45,482 nucleotides of DNA from Spirochaetota bacterium. Its GTDB lineage: Bacteria; Spirochaetota; UBA4802; JAFGJZ01. How positions within the stretch are numbered: position 1 is the stretch's first letter; each line of letters begins with the position of its first letter. Below the pieces are notes generated by a model, which did no database searches, was not told the origin of the DNA, and was given only the letters and a program-made list of their open reading frames with translations. The stretch covers positions 1-45,482 of the forward strand of contig DAOMHE010000001.1 in NCBI GenBank assembly GCA_035430785.1, in the 5' to 3' direction. A program made the position numbers and the translations under genes. Shown here in pieces: positions 8,580-17,465 of this stretch.

Positions 8580-8597
8580 TGTGGATGATGTGGACAA
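8580..8597 (-). promoter_or_regulatory. two abutting DnaA-box-like 9-mers
   Basis: TGTGGATGA and TGTGGACAA. On the minus strand these read TTGTCCACA and TCATCCACA, each 8/9 to TTATCCACA. Confidence 0.35.
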
Positions 8598-8612
8598 GAT
8601 TGTTAATAACTA

Positions 8613-9767
8613 TCAGATAACTTCAGCTTTTCCGGATACATAAACCTTTATAATTTTCGAATAGAAATTTAATGGATCAGGTGAATCAAAAAGCAGAATG
8701 TCGGCAGTTTTTCCCGAAGCTAATGATCCAAAAGAGTTATCTATTCCCAGAATTTCCGCTGCATTTATTGTCACAGATTTTAAAACTTCTTCTCTCTTCA
8801 TTCCATATTTATGAGCCATGCAAAGAATCGAATGAAAATACTTAACAGGCGGATAAGTATCAGATTGAAGCGCAACTTTTACTCCGCATTCAGAAAGAAC
8901 AGCGGCAGTTTTAAAGGAAATCTCGTTTAATTCAGCCTTTTCTCTTCCCGGAAAAGATGGTCCCACAACACAAGGAATATTTTTCTTAGCTATGTAATCC
9001 GCTATCTTGTGTCCTTCAGTCGCATGAATCAGAACAAGTTTTAAACCGAATTCTTCTGAAATTCTTATCGCAGTAGCTATATCGTCAGAACGGTGAGCAT
9101 GAGCATGCACACAAATTTCCCCCTTCAATGCAAGAGACAAAGCTTCAAGTTTCAGATCAAATTCAGGTTTCTTGTCTTCATCATCCGAATCGTCATGTTT
9201 TTTCTTTTCCATGTATTCCTGGGCCTTGTAAAACCATTCACGGATAAGAGCGGCTATTGCCATACGTGTTTGAGGTTCTTTTTCATGCTTTGAATACACA
9301 TCTTTCGGATTCTCTCCAAATGCAATCTTGAGAGCAGAAGGAGACTTTATCAACATTTCATCAACAACACTTCCCATAGGACGGATTACCGCAAACAAAC
9401 CGCCGAAAACATTCGCACTGCCTGGGCCGGTGTTAAGTAAAGTGACTCCGCCCTCATATGATTCTCTAAGAGAAGGATCAAAAGGATTAATCGCGTCAAC
9501 TGCACGAAGATGAGGCGTTATGGGGTCGCTCATTTCATTAACATCATCACCGGCATCTCCTATTTCTCCCTGAAACAGGCCTTCATGGGTATGTGCATCA
9601 ATAAAACCAGGAAGAAGAGCATTTCCACCGCAATCTATGATTTCATCAAATTCTCCCTGAATATCGGAAGAAGAAACTGCTTCAATTTTATCATCTTTAA
9701 CAGAAAGAGAGCCCGTAAAGGGCTCTGAATTTATCGGGTATATTTTCGCATTTTTAAAAAGAATCAT
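8613..9767 (-). CDS. metal-dependent amidohydrolase-superfamily protein
   Basis: 384 aa. N-terminal GFIDAHTHEG (HxH metal motif), later HAHAH and HATE histidines. ATGA overlap with the upstream gene. Confidence 0.8.
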   Translation of the reverse strand: MILFKNAKIYPINSEPFTGSLSVKDDKIEAVSSSDIQGEFDEIIDCGGNALLPGFIDAHTHEGLFQGEIGDAGDDVNEMSDPITPHLRAVDAINPFDPSLRESYEGGVTLLNTGPGSANVFGGLFAVIRPMGSVVDEMLIKSPSALKIAFGENPKDVYSKHEKEPQTRMAIAALIREWFYKAQEYMEKKKHDDSDDEDKKPEFDLKLEALSLALKGEICVHAHAHRSDDIATAIRISEEFGLKLVLIHATEGHKIADYIAKKNIPCVVGPSFPGREKAELNEISFKTAAVLSECGVKVALQSDTYPPVKYFHSILCMAHKYGMKREEVLKSVTINAAEILGIDNSFGSLASGKTADILLFDSPDPLNFYSKIIKVYVSGKAEVI

Positions 9768-10495
9768 CTTAGTTCGTTAATCCTGCTTATAATTTTTTCT
9801 ATGTGAACTTTTCTTTTTTGAGGAGATTTCAGATCAATCCATGTAAATGAATATGTTTCTTTCTTTTTTCCGCCTTTTATAATTTCAACAGTAACCGCTT
9901 TATCTTTTCCATAGCAAAATCCGTATTCAGCAAATCTGCAAAAAGATACTTCAATTAGAAAAGATTCACCATTTTCATATTTATCAGATGCAAAAAGCTT
10001 TCTTGTAGAAGAACAAAGATCATCAAAAAATATCTTTATCCCATTAATCTTTTTCCCGTTAGATTCTTCATCATTATCCAGAATATCATCGGATTTTTCA
10101 GAAGTATATCTTATTTCAATTAGCGGTTCTTTTTGAATAACTTCACTTTTTGAATCTATTTCTTCACCATATGGAGTCTTACCTTTCATCGAAATAGTTT
10201 GTTCCTTACCATCCGAAGAAACATAAGTTCGAAGAGAATTTTGTCTGTCAATAATCAGCTTTCTTCCATCGGCATAAAGATATTCTGCTTTTCCGCCTGA
10301 ATATTTCCTTACAGTAGTCTTATCCCGTAAAACAGTTTCTGAATAATTTTTATACTTTTTTATCTCTGTTCCGTTTGGTTTTATATAAACTTCAAATTCA
10401 GCTTTTTTTTCTTTCAAAACAGCATCTGAAAAATCAATATCTAAACTATCTGCTGAAATGAAAGAAAATAAAAAAACAAATAATAATAGTTTCAT
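9764..10495 (-). CDS. hypothetical secreted protein
   Basis: ATG at 10495 with a TAGGGG SD; the track start at 10552 is a TTG extension into purD. MKLLLFVFLFSFISA signal peptide. No known domain. Confidence 0.6.
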   Translation of the reverse strand: MKLLLFVFLFSFISADSLDIDFSDAVLKEKKAEFEVYIKPNGTEIKKYKNYSETVLRDKTTVRKYSGGKAEYLYADGRKLIIDRQNSLRTYVSSDGKEQTISMKGKTPYGEEIDSKSEVIQKEPLIEIRYTSEKSDDILDNDEESNGKKINGIKIFFDDLCSSTRKLFASDKYENGESFLIEVSFCRFAEYGFCYGKDKAVTVEIIKGGKKKETYSFTWIDLKSPQKRKVHIEKIISRINELR

Positions 10496-10496
10496 C

Positions 10497-11744
10497 TTAG
10501 CCCCTATTAAAAGCTCTGTAACCGATATCTTTTCTGTAATGAGCCCCTTCAAATTGAATCTTATCTATTTCAGAATATACTTTATCTCTCGCATTTTCTA
10601 GAGAATCTGCAACCGCAGTAACAGCTAAAACCCTTCCGCCGTTAGTATAAATACTATTTCCGTTTCTAACCGTTCCGGCATGAAAAACGAGAATGTCCTT
10701 GCTCACAGAATCAAGTCCTGTTATCAGCTTTCCCTTTTCGTAATCTGAAGGATAACCTTTAGATGCCATTACAACAGTTATAGCATGTTTATCAGAAAAC
10801 TTCAGCATTCCTTCCTTTAGCTTTCCTTCATATGAAGCAATAAAAAGATCTCCGATTTTTCCGTCAATAAGGGGAAGAAGAACCTGTGCTTCAGGATCTC
10901 CGAAACGGGCATTAAATTCCAGAACATTGTTTTCTTTACCGATCATGAGTCCGGCATAAAGAATTCCTTTAAAAGGAATACCCTGATTTTTCATTACATC
11001 GATTACAGGTTTATGAATCTCTCTGCCTACTCTTTCTATAACATCCTTACCTGCAACAGGCGCCGGAGCATAGGCTCCCATTCCGCCTGTATTAGGACCT
11101 TTGTCTCCGTCAAAAATTCTTTTATGATCCTGAGCTGAAATAAAAGGAAGAATTGTTTCTCCGTCTGATATTCCAAGAACAGAGGCTTCTTCCCCTTCTA
11201 GAAAATCTTCAACAAAAAGAAGAGAATTATCTTTTACGTTTTCTGAAACAAAGTCCATTGCCTGTTCTTCATTTTCAGCAACTACAACACCTTTTCCGGC
11301 AGCAAGACCGTCAAGTTTGATAACAATCGGATATTTTTTACAATTTGCAATAAATTCGGTGATTTCTTTTTTTCCTGTAAAATCCCTGTGTGAAGCGGTA
11401 GGAACCTTGCTTTTCTCCATTATCTCTTTTGCGAATATTTTACTGCCTTCAATTTTAGCAGCTTTCGCAGAAGGTCCGAAAACAGGAATACCTGATGCAG
11501 ACAAAGTATCAGAAACACCGTCAGCAAGCGGAGCCTCAGGTCCGATAACAACAAAATCTATTTTCTTGTTTTTACAGAATTCTATAATATCATTATGTCT
11601 GTTGAGATTAATGTTTACACAATGAGCCGGATCTATTCCTCCGTTACCCGGAGCCACAAAAACTTCAGAAGCACTTCCGTCGAACAAAAGCCTCCAATAT
11701 ATAACATGCTCCCTTCCGCCTGAACCAATTACCAGATATCTCAT
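10497..11744 (-). CDS. purD: phosphoribosylamine-glycine ligase
   Basis: 415 aa. MRYLVIGSGGREH N-terminus, ATP-grasp core, GGRVL C-terminal motif. Confidence 0.95.
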   Translation of the reverse strand: MRYLVIGSGGREHVIYWRLLFDGSASEVFVAPGNGGIDPAHCVNINLNRHNDIIEFCKNKKIDFVVIGPEAPLADGVSDTLSASGIPVFGPSAKAAKIEGSKIFAKEIMEKSKVPTASHRDFTGKKEITEFIANCKKYPIVIKLDGLAAGKGVVVAENEEQAMDFVSENVKDNSLLFVEDFLEGEEASVLGISDGETILPFISAQDHKRIFDGDKGPNTGGMGAYAPAPVAGKDVIERVGREIHKPVIDVMKNQGIPFKGILYAGLMIGKENNVLEFNARFGDPEAQVLLPLIDGKIGDLFIASYEGKLKEGMLKFSDKHAITVVMASKGYPSDYEKGKLITGLDSVSKDILVFHAGTVRNGNSIYTNGGRVLAVTAVADSLENARDKVYSEIDKIQFEGAHYRKDIGYRAFNRG

Positions 11745-11816
11745 ATTCTCTCCGTTTTAGAAAATAACACTTATACACATAAGTTATTAACATATTATTA
11801 ATAAGTGTTAATAACT

Positions 11817-13229
11817 TTATCTTTTATAATTAAGAAACGCCTTAAATCCTTTCCATGTCATATATGCATCAAGTTTACTGCTCACTTCAAAAGGAGCATG
11901 CATGCTGAATAGTCCCGGACCGCAATCAATAACATCCATACCGTAACGCGCCATATAATAAGCAATTGTCCCGCTTCCGCCAAGATCAACTCTTCCCAGT
12001 TCTCCCGTCTGCCAAAGAACACCGTTGGTGTTAAAAATATTTCTTACTTCGGCAACAAACTCCGGGCTGGCTTCACTCGCACCGGATTTTCCGCGCGCAC
12101 CGGTATATTTCTGAATAATCGTTCCTCTGTTCATCTGCGGCATGTTATTATTCGGAGAGCTGACTTCAGGGAAATTAGGATCATGAAGAGAATTCACGTC
12201 AGCAGACAGCATTTTTGATTTTGAAAGTGTTCTGTTTAAATCTACAAGCGAAGTCTTTTCCATACGGTGCAGAACTTCTGCTACAGCGTTTTCAAAAAAG
12301 AAAGACTGCATTCCCGTAGCACCATAAGAACCAACCTCCTCTTTATCACAAAGAAGAACTCCTGCCGTATATTCCGGAATTTCATTCATATCCATCAAAG
12401 CCTTAAACGCTGCAAATGAACAGATTCTGTCATCCTGCCCGTAGCCAAGAATCATGGATCTGTCAAACCCCATTTCTCTTGCTTTGCCTGCCGGAACCAT
12501 TTGAATATCTGCACTGTTGAAATCTTCTTCCTTCATTCCATATTTTTCGTTCAGAATCTGAAGAATTTTTTCTTTAACTTTTAGTTTTGCTTCTGTTGAT
12601 TTCACAGGAACTGTTCCAATCAGAAGATTAAGGTTTTCACCGGTAACGGCTTCAGCGATGGTTTTTTCAGCCTGCTTCTGAGCCAGATGCGGAAGAAGAT
12701 CTGTTATCGAAAACACCGGTTCATCCTCATTTTCTCCGACCGAGAAATTTACAACAGAACCATCCTGTTTAACAACATGTCCGTGAACAGCAAGAGGAAG
12801 AGCCACCCACTGATACTTTCTAATTCCGCCGTAGTAATGAGTGTCGAAAAAAGCCAGTTCAGAATCTTCATAGAGAGGGTTCGGTTTGAGATCAATTCTC
12901 GGACAATCAATGTGTCCGCCGAGAAGATTCATTCCTTCAGTAATATCTTTCTTTCCTATAAGAATAAAAAAAACAGTTCTTCCTGAATGAGAAATATAAA
13001 CCTTATCTCCCGGCTGAAGTTTTTCCTTTTCAGAAACTGAAACAAATCCGTTTTCTTTTGCTTTTTCTACAGCGAAATCATGAGCCAGCCTTTCTGTCTT
13101 CGCTTTACTCAAAAATGAAATATATTCCTTCGCATAGGCTTCCAGAGATGGAAGCTCTTTATCATCAATACGATTCCATCCGTTTTCTGTATTGAGCAGC
13201 AGTTCTGACTTTTTTTCTTTTTTTTCCAT
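11817..13229 (-). CDS. M18-family aminopeptidase
   Basis: 470 aa. GGHIDCPRIDLKP, DKEEVGS and SADVNSLHDPNF match M18 zinc-ligand regions. Confidence 0.85.
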   Translation of the reverse strand: MEKKEKKSELLLNTENGWNRIDDKELPSLEAYAKEYISFLSKAKTERLAHDFAVEKAKENGFVSVSEKEKLQPGDKVYISHSGRTVFFILIGKKDITEGMNLLGGHIDCPRIDLKPNPLYEDSELAFFDTHYYGGIRKYQWVALPLAVHGHVVKQDGSVVNFSVGENEDEPVFSITDLLPHLAQKQAEKTIAEAVTGENLNLLIGTVPVKSTEAKLKVKEKILQILNEKYGMKEEDFNSADIQMVPAGKAREMGFDRSMILGYGQDDRICSFAAFKALMDMNEIPEYTAGVLLCDKEEVGSYGATGMQSFFFENAVAEVLHRMEKTSLVDLNRTLSKSKMLSADVNSLHDPNFPEVSSPNNNMPQMNRGTIIQKYTGARGKSGASEASPEFVAEVRNIFNTNGVLWQTGELGRVDLGGSGTIAYYMARYGMDVIDCGPGLFSMHAPFEVSSKLDAYMTWKGFKAFLNYKR

Positions 13230-13304
13230 TTAATGCCTTCCTGAAAAGTTTATCTCCTTTTCATTTTCAATACACTCTTGCAGGAAAGTTGTGTCAATTT
13301 ATTT

Positions 13305-14753
13305 TCACCCTGACGCAGATTCAGAAACAACTCTGAAAATAAGAACAGTGGTTCCAAGCTGTATCTCATCCCAGTCAAAAAGCTTTTTCGGTCTTAAAAG
13401 CTTTTTACCGTTCAAAAAAGTTCCTCCGTCGCTTGCCATATCAAAGAGTACAAAATCATCTCCGGTAAATTTCAATCTGGCATGATTTGAGGAAATATTG
13501 TTATCCCGGATAACTACGTCCGAATTTCCAGACTTTCCTATTATCGTTTCTTCCCGGACAATATCGTATCGCAGTCCTTTATCTAATCCGTCTTTCACAA
13601 AAAACCATGCATGAAAAACATATCCTTCAGATGAATCTTCCGGCAATTCATTAGAAGAGCTTTTATCAGTAAAAACCGCCTTCTCATCTTTTACGGATGA
13701 ATAATCTTTAGTTTTTTCTTCACCGGCAAAAACAGTTTTTGGTTCACTATCGTATTTTTTGTCCCTAGATATATATTTCTTATAAAAGAGAAAAATAATT
13801 AAAGGAAATAGTATCAGGAAAACTGCTAATCCGGCGAAAAGAAACAAAAAGCTTTTCTTTATATCGGGAAATTTTAAACCTATCGAACTTTCTTCCGGAA
13901 CCTTAATTTGAAGTTCCGACCTGTCTCTGATTTTCCCTGATTTCAGTCGTACCTCAACTTTTGCGTCCTCTCCCCTTTTCAGAGAAGTCTTATACTTTAT
14001 CTCATAACCGCTTTTAAATGATACGATAAAGCGTTTCAATTTATCGGTTTTTCCTTCAAAGAAAACTTCTCCTCCGGAAATTTTAGCAATACGTTTCATG
14101 GATAGTAATGCAGGAGATTTTTCATTTGTCACAAAGAGTATGGGTATTCCACATCCCCTTGAAAAGAAGGCAAGATCGTCGGCGGTTATACCGCTTCCTT
14201 CATCCTTTCCATCTGTCCAGATAACAACAGCTTTTCTCTCTCCGCCGTTTTTTGAAAGAAGCTCAATCGAATCATAAATTGAATTATACAGAAGAGTATT
14301 TTTGCCCTCCTGTTTGAAAGCGGAAAGCTTAGATTTTAAATCATCTTTATTATCAGTAAACGCCGACTCAAAATCCGATTGATCAGAAAAGGATGCAAGA
14401 CCAAGTCTCACATTCTGCTGTGAAGAAAGAATTATCTCGTTGGCTTCACTGCGGTACTTTTCAAACTGCTCTGATTTAATACTCTTGCTGCAGTCAATAG
14501 CAAGAATCAAATTAAGTTTTTCTTCATTCTTTAATGATTTTACGCTGATATAGCCGACACGGAATCCGTTCTCATAAACGGAAAGATTATCTTCATTCAA
14601 TCCTGCGCTTTCTTCTATCCCTGCGGTAATTTTTACTTTAATCGAAGCATCAGGATACTCTGTAGTATAATCAAATGATGACACCTGCAAATACGGTGAC
14701 GAATTCAAACATACGCATACAAATATTAATATCAAGACATAATATTTTTTCAT
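13305..14753 (-). CDS. vWA domain - TM helix - FHA domain protein
   Basis: Signal peptide. MIDAS-like DCSKS in LILAIDCSKSI. TM helix FLFLFAGLAVFLILFPLIIFLFY. C-terminal FHA signature (IGKSGNSDVVIRDNNISSNHARL...FLNGKKL). Confidence 0.8.
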   Translation of the reverse strand: MKKYYVLILIFVCVCLNSSPYLQVSSFDYTTEYPDASIKVKITAGIEESAGLNEDNLSVYENGFRVGYISVKSLKNEEKLNLILAIDCSKSIKSEQFEKYRSEANEIILSSQQNVRLGLASFSDQSDFESAFTDNKDDLKSKLSAFKQEGKNTLLYNSIYDSIELLSKNGGERKAVVIWTDGKDEGSGITADDLAFFSRGCGIPILFVTNEKSPALLSMKRIAKISGGEVFFEGKTDKLKRFIVSFKSGYEIKYKTSLKRGEDAKVEVRLKSGKIRDRSELQIKVPEESSIGLKFPDIKKSFLFLFAGLAVFLILFPLIIFLFYKKYISRDKKYDSEPKTVFAGEEKTKDYSSVKDEKAVFTDKSSSNELPEDSSEGYVFHAWFFVKDGLDKGLRYDIVREETIIGKSGNSDVVIRDNNISSNHARLKFTGDDFVLFDMASDGGTFLNGKKLLRPKKLFDWDEIQLGTTVLIFRVVSESASG

Positions 14754-14913
14754 TCTGAAACCGCCTATATCTATTATCGGAAGTTTTTATTAATCTCCCG
14801 AAAAAAATCGGCTTTTGCCGTTTTTTCTTTCTTCTTTATCCTCTCACCCTCTATAAAAAAATTCAACTTATTTCGATAATCTAAAGAGAAACAAATCAAA
14901 CTTTGGATTATTA

Positions 14914-16707
14914 ATGAAAAAGAACTATCTTAAACGCCATAGCTTTTATGTTGATTCGAGAATCAGTCAGATATCTCAAAACATATTCTTTCTTCACGAA
15001 GAAGAACAGGATCAAAAAATCCATGAAATCATGAGTTCAATCCTCAGCGGAAAAAAATATAACTCGGGCGACATATCAGAAGAGATCTCTGAATTACATT
15101 CATTTTTGAAAAGATGGTCAATAGAAACAGATGGAGATCTTGCCGGATATATTTATCTGGAACTTCAGAATAAAAAGGCAAAAAACAAGAAGGGACAATA
15201 TTTTACTCCAGCGGGGATTGTTTCTTCAATGACAGAGAAAACAATTACTAAAGACAATTATCAAAAAATAAAAATTCTTGATCCGGCATGCGGTTCAGGT
15301 CAGTTTTTGATTTCAGCGTTCCAAAGACTTTTACAATTTTATCTTGAAGACGGAGTTTCTCCCGAAGAAGCCGGAAAGAACATCATACATAATTCTCTTT
15401 TCGGAATCGATTATGATGAAACAGCTGTCGAAATAGCGAGATATAATCTTGCAATGATTTCCGGAATCACCTCTTCTTTTCCGATCAATATCGTATGCGG
15501 CAGTTTTCTTTCAGAAAAAAGCATCTTCGAAGAAAACAACCAGGAGAATCTTTTTGACTGTATAATAGGAAACCCTCCCTGGGGAAGTTCTATATCTTCA
15601 TCTGATAAGATTCATTATCGAAAAACATACTCCTGTGCAAAGAGCGGAATCAATACTTTTACGCTTTTTATTGAAAAAGCACTTAGCTCATTAAACGATT
15701 CAGGAAAGCTTTCTTTTCTTCTACCTGAAGCTTATCTGAACATTAAAGCTCACCAGCAATCAAGAGCTGACATTCTTTCTTCCTGCATCATCGAAGAAAT
15801 CAATATATGGGGAGAACAGTTTCAAAACGTGTTTGCCCCTTCGATATCTCTTTTCCTTCAGAAAGATTCGAGTGACAAACGAAAAACCAATATCGTAAAA
15901 GTATCAGGAAAGGAAGAAAGAGAAAAAAATACTTATTCTCTGATTCCTCAGGCCGGTTTTATAAAGAATCCTGAATATATTTTCAATGTTAATTTCGGGC
16001 ACAAAGCCGAAAGTATAATTAATCTGATAAACTCCGGAGAAAATCTTTATCTTAAAAAGAATGCATCGTTCTTCCTTGGAATTGTCACAGGAAACAACGA
16101 GAAGCATATCTTTGATCACTATTCAGAGGAACACCCTGATCCGATTATTACAGGAAAAGATCTATTACCTTTCTATATTAAGAATCCAAGCAAATACTTC
16201 CGCTTTACACCGGAAGAACTTCAGCAAACAGCTCAGACAGACTATTACAAAACAAAGAACAAGTTTCTTTATAAGTTTATAGGATCCCGTCTTACCTTCG
16301 CTTATGACGAAGAAGGATTTTTCTCTCTTAATAATGTAAACGGTTTCATTTCCAAGTCTCTTTTGTTAAAAGATGAAGCTTTGCTTGCAGTTTTAAACTC
16401 TTCACTGATTCAGTACTATTATCAAAACATGTTCTTTACCGTAAAAGTTCTCAAAGGAAATCTCGAAAGAATTCCAATCCGCCTGATCAAAAAGGATTCT
16501 CAGCTTAAGATATCTTCTATGGTTAACAAACTTAAAGAAACAAACTCTGAAACCGAAAGAAAGATTATTCTCGAATCGATAGACGATGTAGTCTTTCATG
16601 AATATGGATTAAAAGACAGAAATTCTTATTCGGTTTATTCTAAGTTTAATCCGGCACTTTCATCTCAGTCTTTATCTTTGGCGGAAGGCTCAACAGCCAT
16701 TAATTAA
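14914..16707 (+). CDS. gamma-class N6-adenine DNA methyltransferase (Eco57I/TaqI-like), solitary
   Basis: GQYFTP (motif X), DPACGSGQFL (motif I), then IIGNPPWG (motif IV). The order I before IV indicates the gamma class. The C-terminal ~250 aa resemble a TaqI-type target-recognition domain. No nuclease domain or adjacent nuclease gene. Confidence 0.85.
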   Translation: MKKNYLKRHSFYVDSRISQISQNIFFLHEEEQDQKIHEIMSSILSGKKYNSGDISEEISELHSFLKRWSIETDGDLAGYIYLELQNKKAKNKKGQYFTPAGIVSSMTEKTITKDNYQKIKILDPACGSGQFLISAFQRLLQFYLEDGVSPEEAGKNIIHNSLFGIDYDETAVEIARYNLAMISGITSSFPINIVCGSFLSEKSIFEENNQENLFDCIIGNPPWGSSISSSDKIHYRKTYSCAKSGINTFTLFIEKALSSLNDSGKLSFLLPEAYLNIKAHQQSRADILSSCIIEEINIWGEQFQNVFAPSISLFLQKDSSDKRKTNIVKVSGKEEREKNTYSLIPQAGFIKNPEYIFNVNFGHKAESIINLINSGENLYLKKNASFFLGIVTGNNEKHIFDHYSEEHPDPIITGKDLLPFYIKNPSKYFRFTPEELQQTAQTDYYKTKNKFLYKFIGSRLTFAYDEEGFFSLNNVNGFISKSLLLKDEALLAVLNSSLIQYYYQNMFFTVKVLKGNLERIPIRLIKKDSQLKISSMVNKLKETNSETERKIILESIDDVVFHEYGLKDRNSYSVYSKFNPALSSQSLSLAEGSTAIN

Positions 16708-16729
16708 TTTTTAGCAATTAATTAATGGC
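16696..16729. terminator. 14-bp perfect inverted repeat between convergent genes (possible bidirectional terminator)
   Basis: GCCATTAATTAATT-TTTAGC-AATTAATTAATGGC. The left arm contains the methyltransferase stop codon. The stem is AT-rich, so strength is uncertain. Confidence 0.4.
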
Positions 16730-16736
16730 ATATTTA

Positions 16737-17465
16737 TCATTCTGAAGGAATTGTCTCCGGGGTTTTTGAAGCTTCCCTTTTTATAATCGGGAATTTTCTT
16801 GGATAGCAGGAAGGTGTTTTATTTTTCTTTACCCAGAATAAGCCCTTCCCTGAGATTCCTGCAGTCTTTCTTTCTTCCGAACTCCCGGGAAATAAACCAA
16901 CATTTGAAAAATGAATTTTCAGCACATGAGATAGAACTTCATCTGAGAGATGAGAATATATATACAGGAATCCGGTTTCCTTCAAAACGGGCGCAGAAAA
17001 CTCAGCCGAATAATAAAGAGGTCCGAAAGCTTTCGTTACACAGAAATCAAACTTCTCTTTATTGTTTTTACTTAAAGAGAAATCCTCTCCTCTTGCACTT
17101 ACAGCTGTTAAATTAGACAAACCCAGCTTTGAAGCAGATTCTGAAATAAAATCTATTTTCTTATTGTTCGAATCAACAAGAACTCCATTCAAAAAAGGAA
17201 ACAAAATACAAAGAACAACTCCCGGAACACCCGACCCAGTACCTATATCAACAAAGTGTGTTCCACGTGGAACACAAAGATCCGCCAGAGGAGAAATGCT
17301 GTCAAAGATCAGCCCACTTCTCATGTCGCTCTTGGTTTTATATCCTGTAAGATTAAACTTTTTTGATGCTTCATCTATCATTGAAAGATATAGTTCTAAT
17401 TTATCATAAGACTCAGAAGAGAATCCTTTTGATTCCAGAAAAGATCTAAATTCTAATTGTTCCAC
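16737..17465 (-). CDS. rsmG: 16S rRNA (guanine527-N7)-methyltransferase RsmG/GidB
   Basis: [13 protein letters not shown] motif and position directly after mnmG. GTG start with a strong GGGAGG SD 6 nt upstream. Confidence 0.9.
   Translation of the reverse strand: MEQLEFRSFLESKGFSSESYDKLELYLSMIDEASKKFNLTGYKTKSDMRSGLIFDSISPLADLCVPRGTHFVDIGTGSGVPGVVLCILFPFLNGVLVDSNNKKIDFISESASKLGLSNLTAVSARGEDFSLSKNNKEKFDFCVTKAFGPLYYSAEFSAPVLKETGFLYIYSHLSDEVLSHVLKIHFSNVGLFPGSSEERKTAGISGKGLFWVKKNKTPSCYPRKFPIIKREASKTPETIPSE
17259..17274. promoter_or_regulatory. parS (ParB/Spo0J binding site)
   Basis: TGTTCCACGTGGAACA is a perfect 16-bp palindrome that fits TGTTNCACGTGNAACA. The palindrome extends to 20 bp (17257-17276). 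Lies inside rsmG. Confidence 0.75.

Noticed and set aside
14801-14826. Terminator-like CGGC-TTTT-GCCG followed by a T-run, in the divergent spacer between the vWA-FHA gene and the methyltransferase gene.
   Set aside because: The stem is only 4 bp, and it lies between two divergent starts where no terminator is expected.
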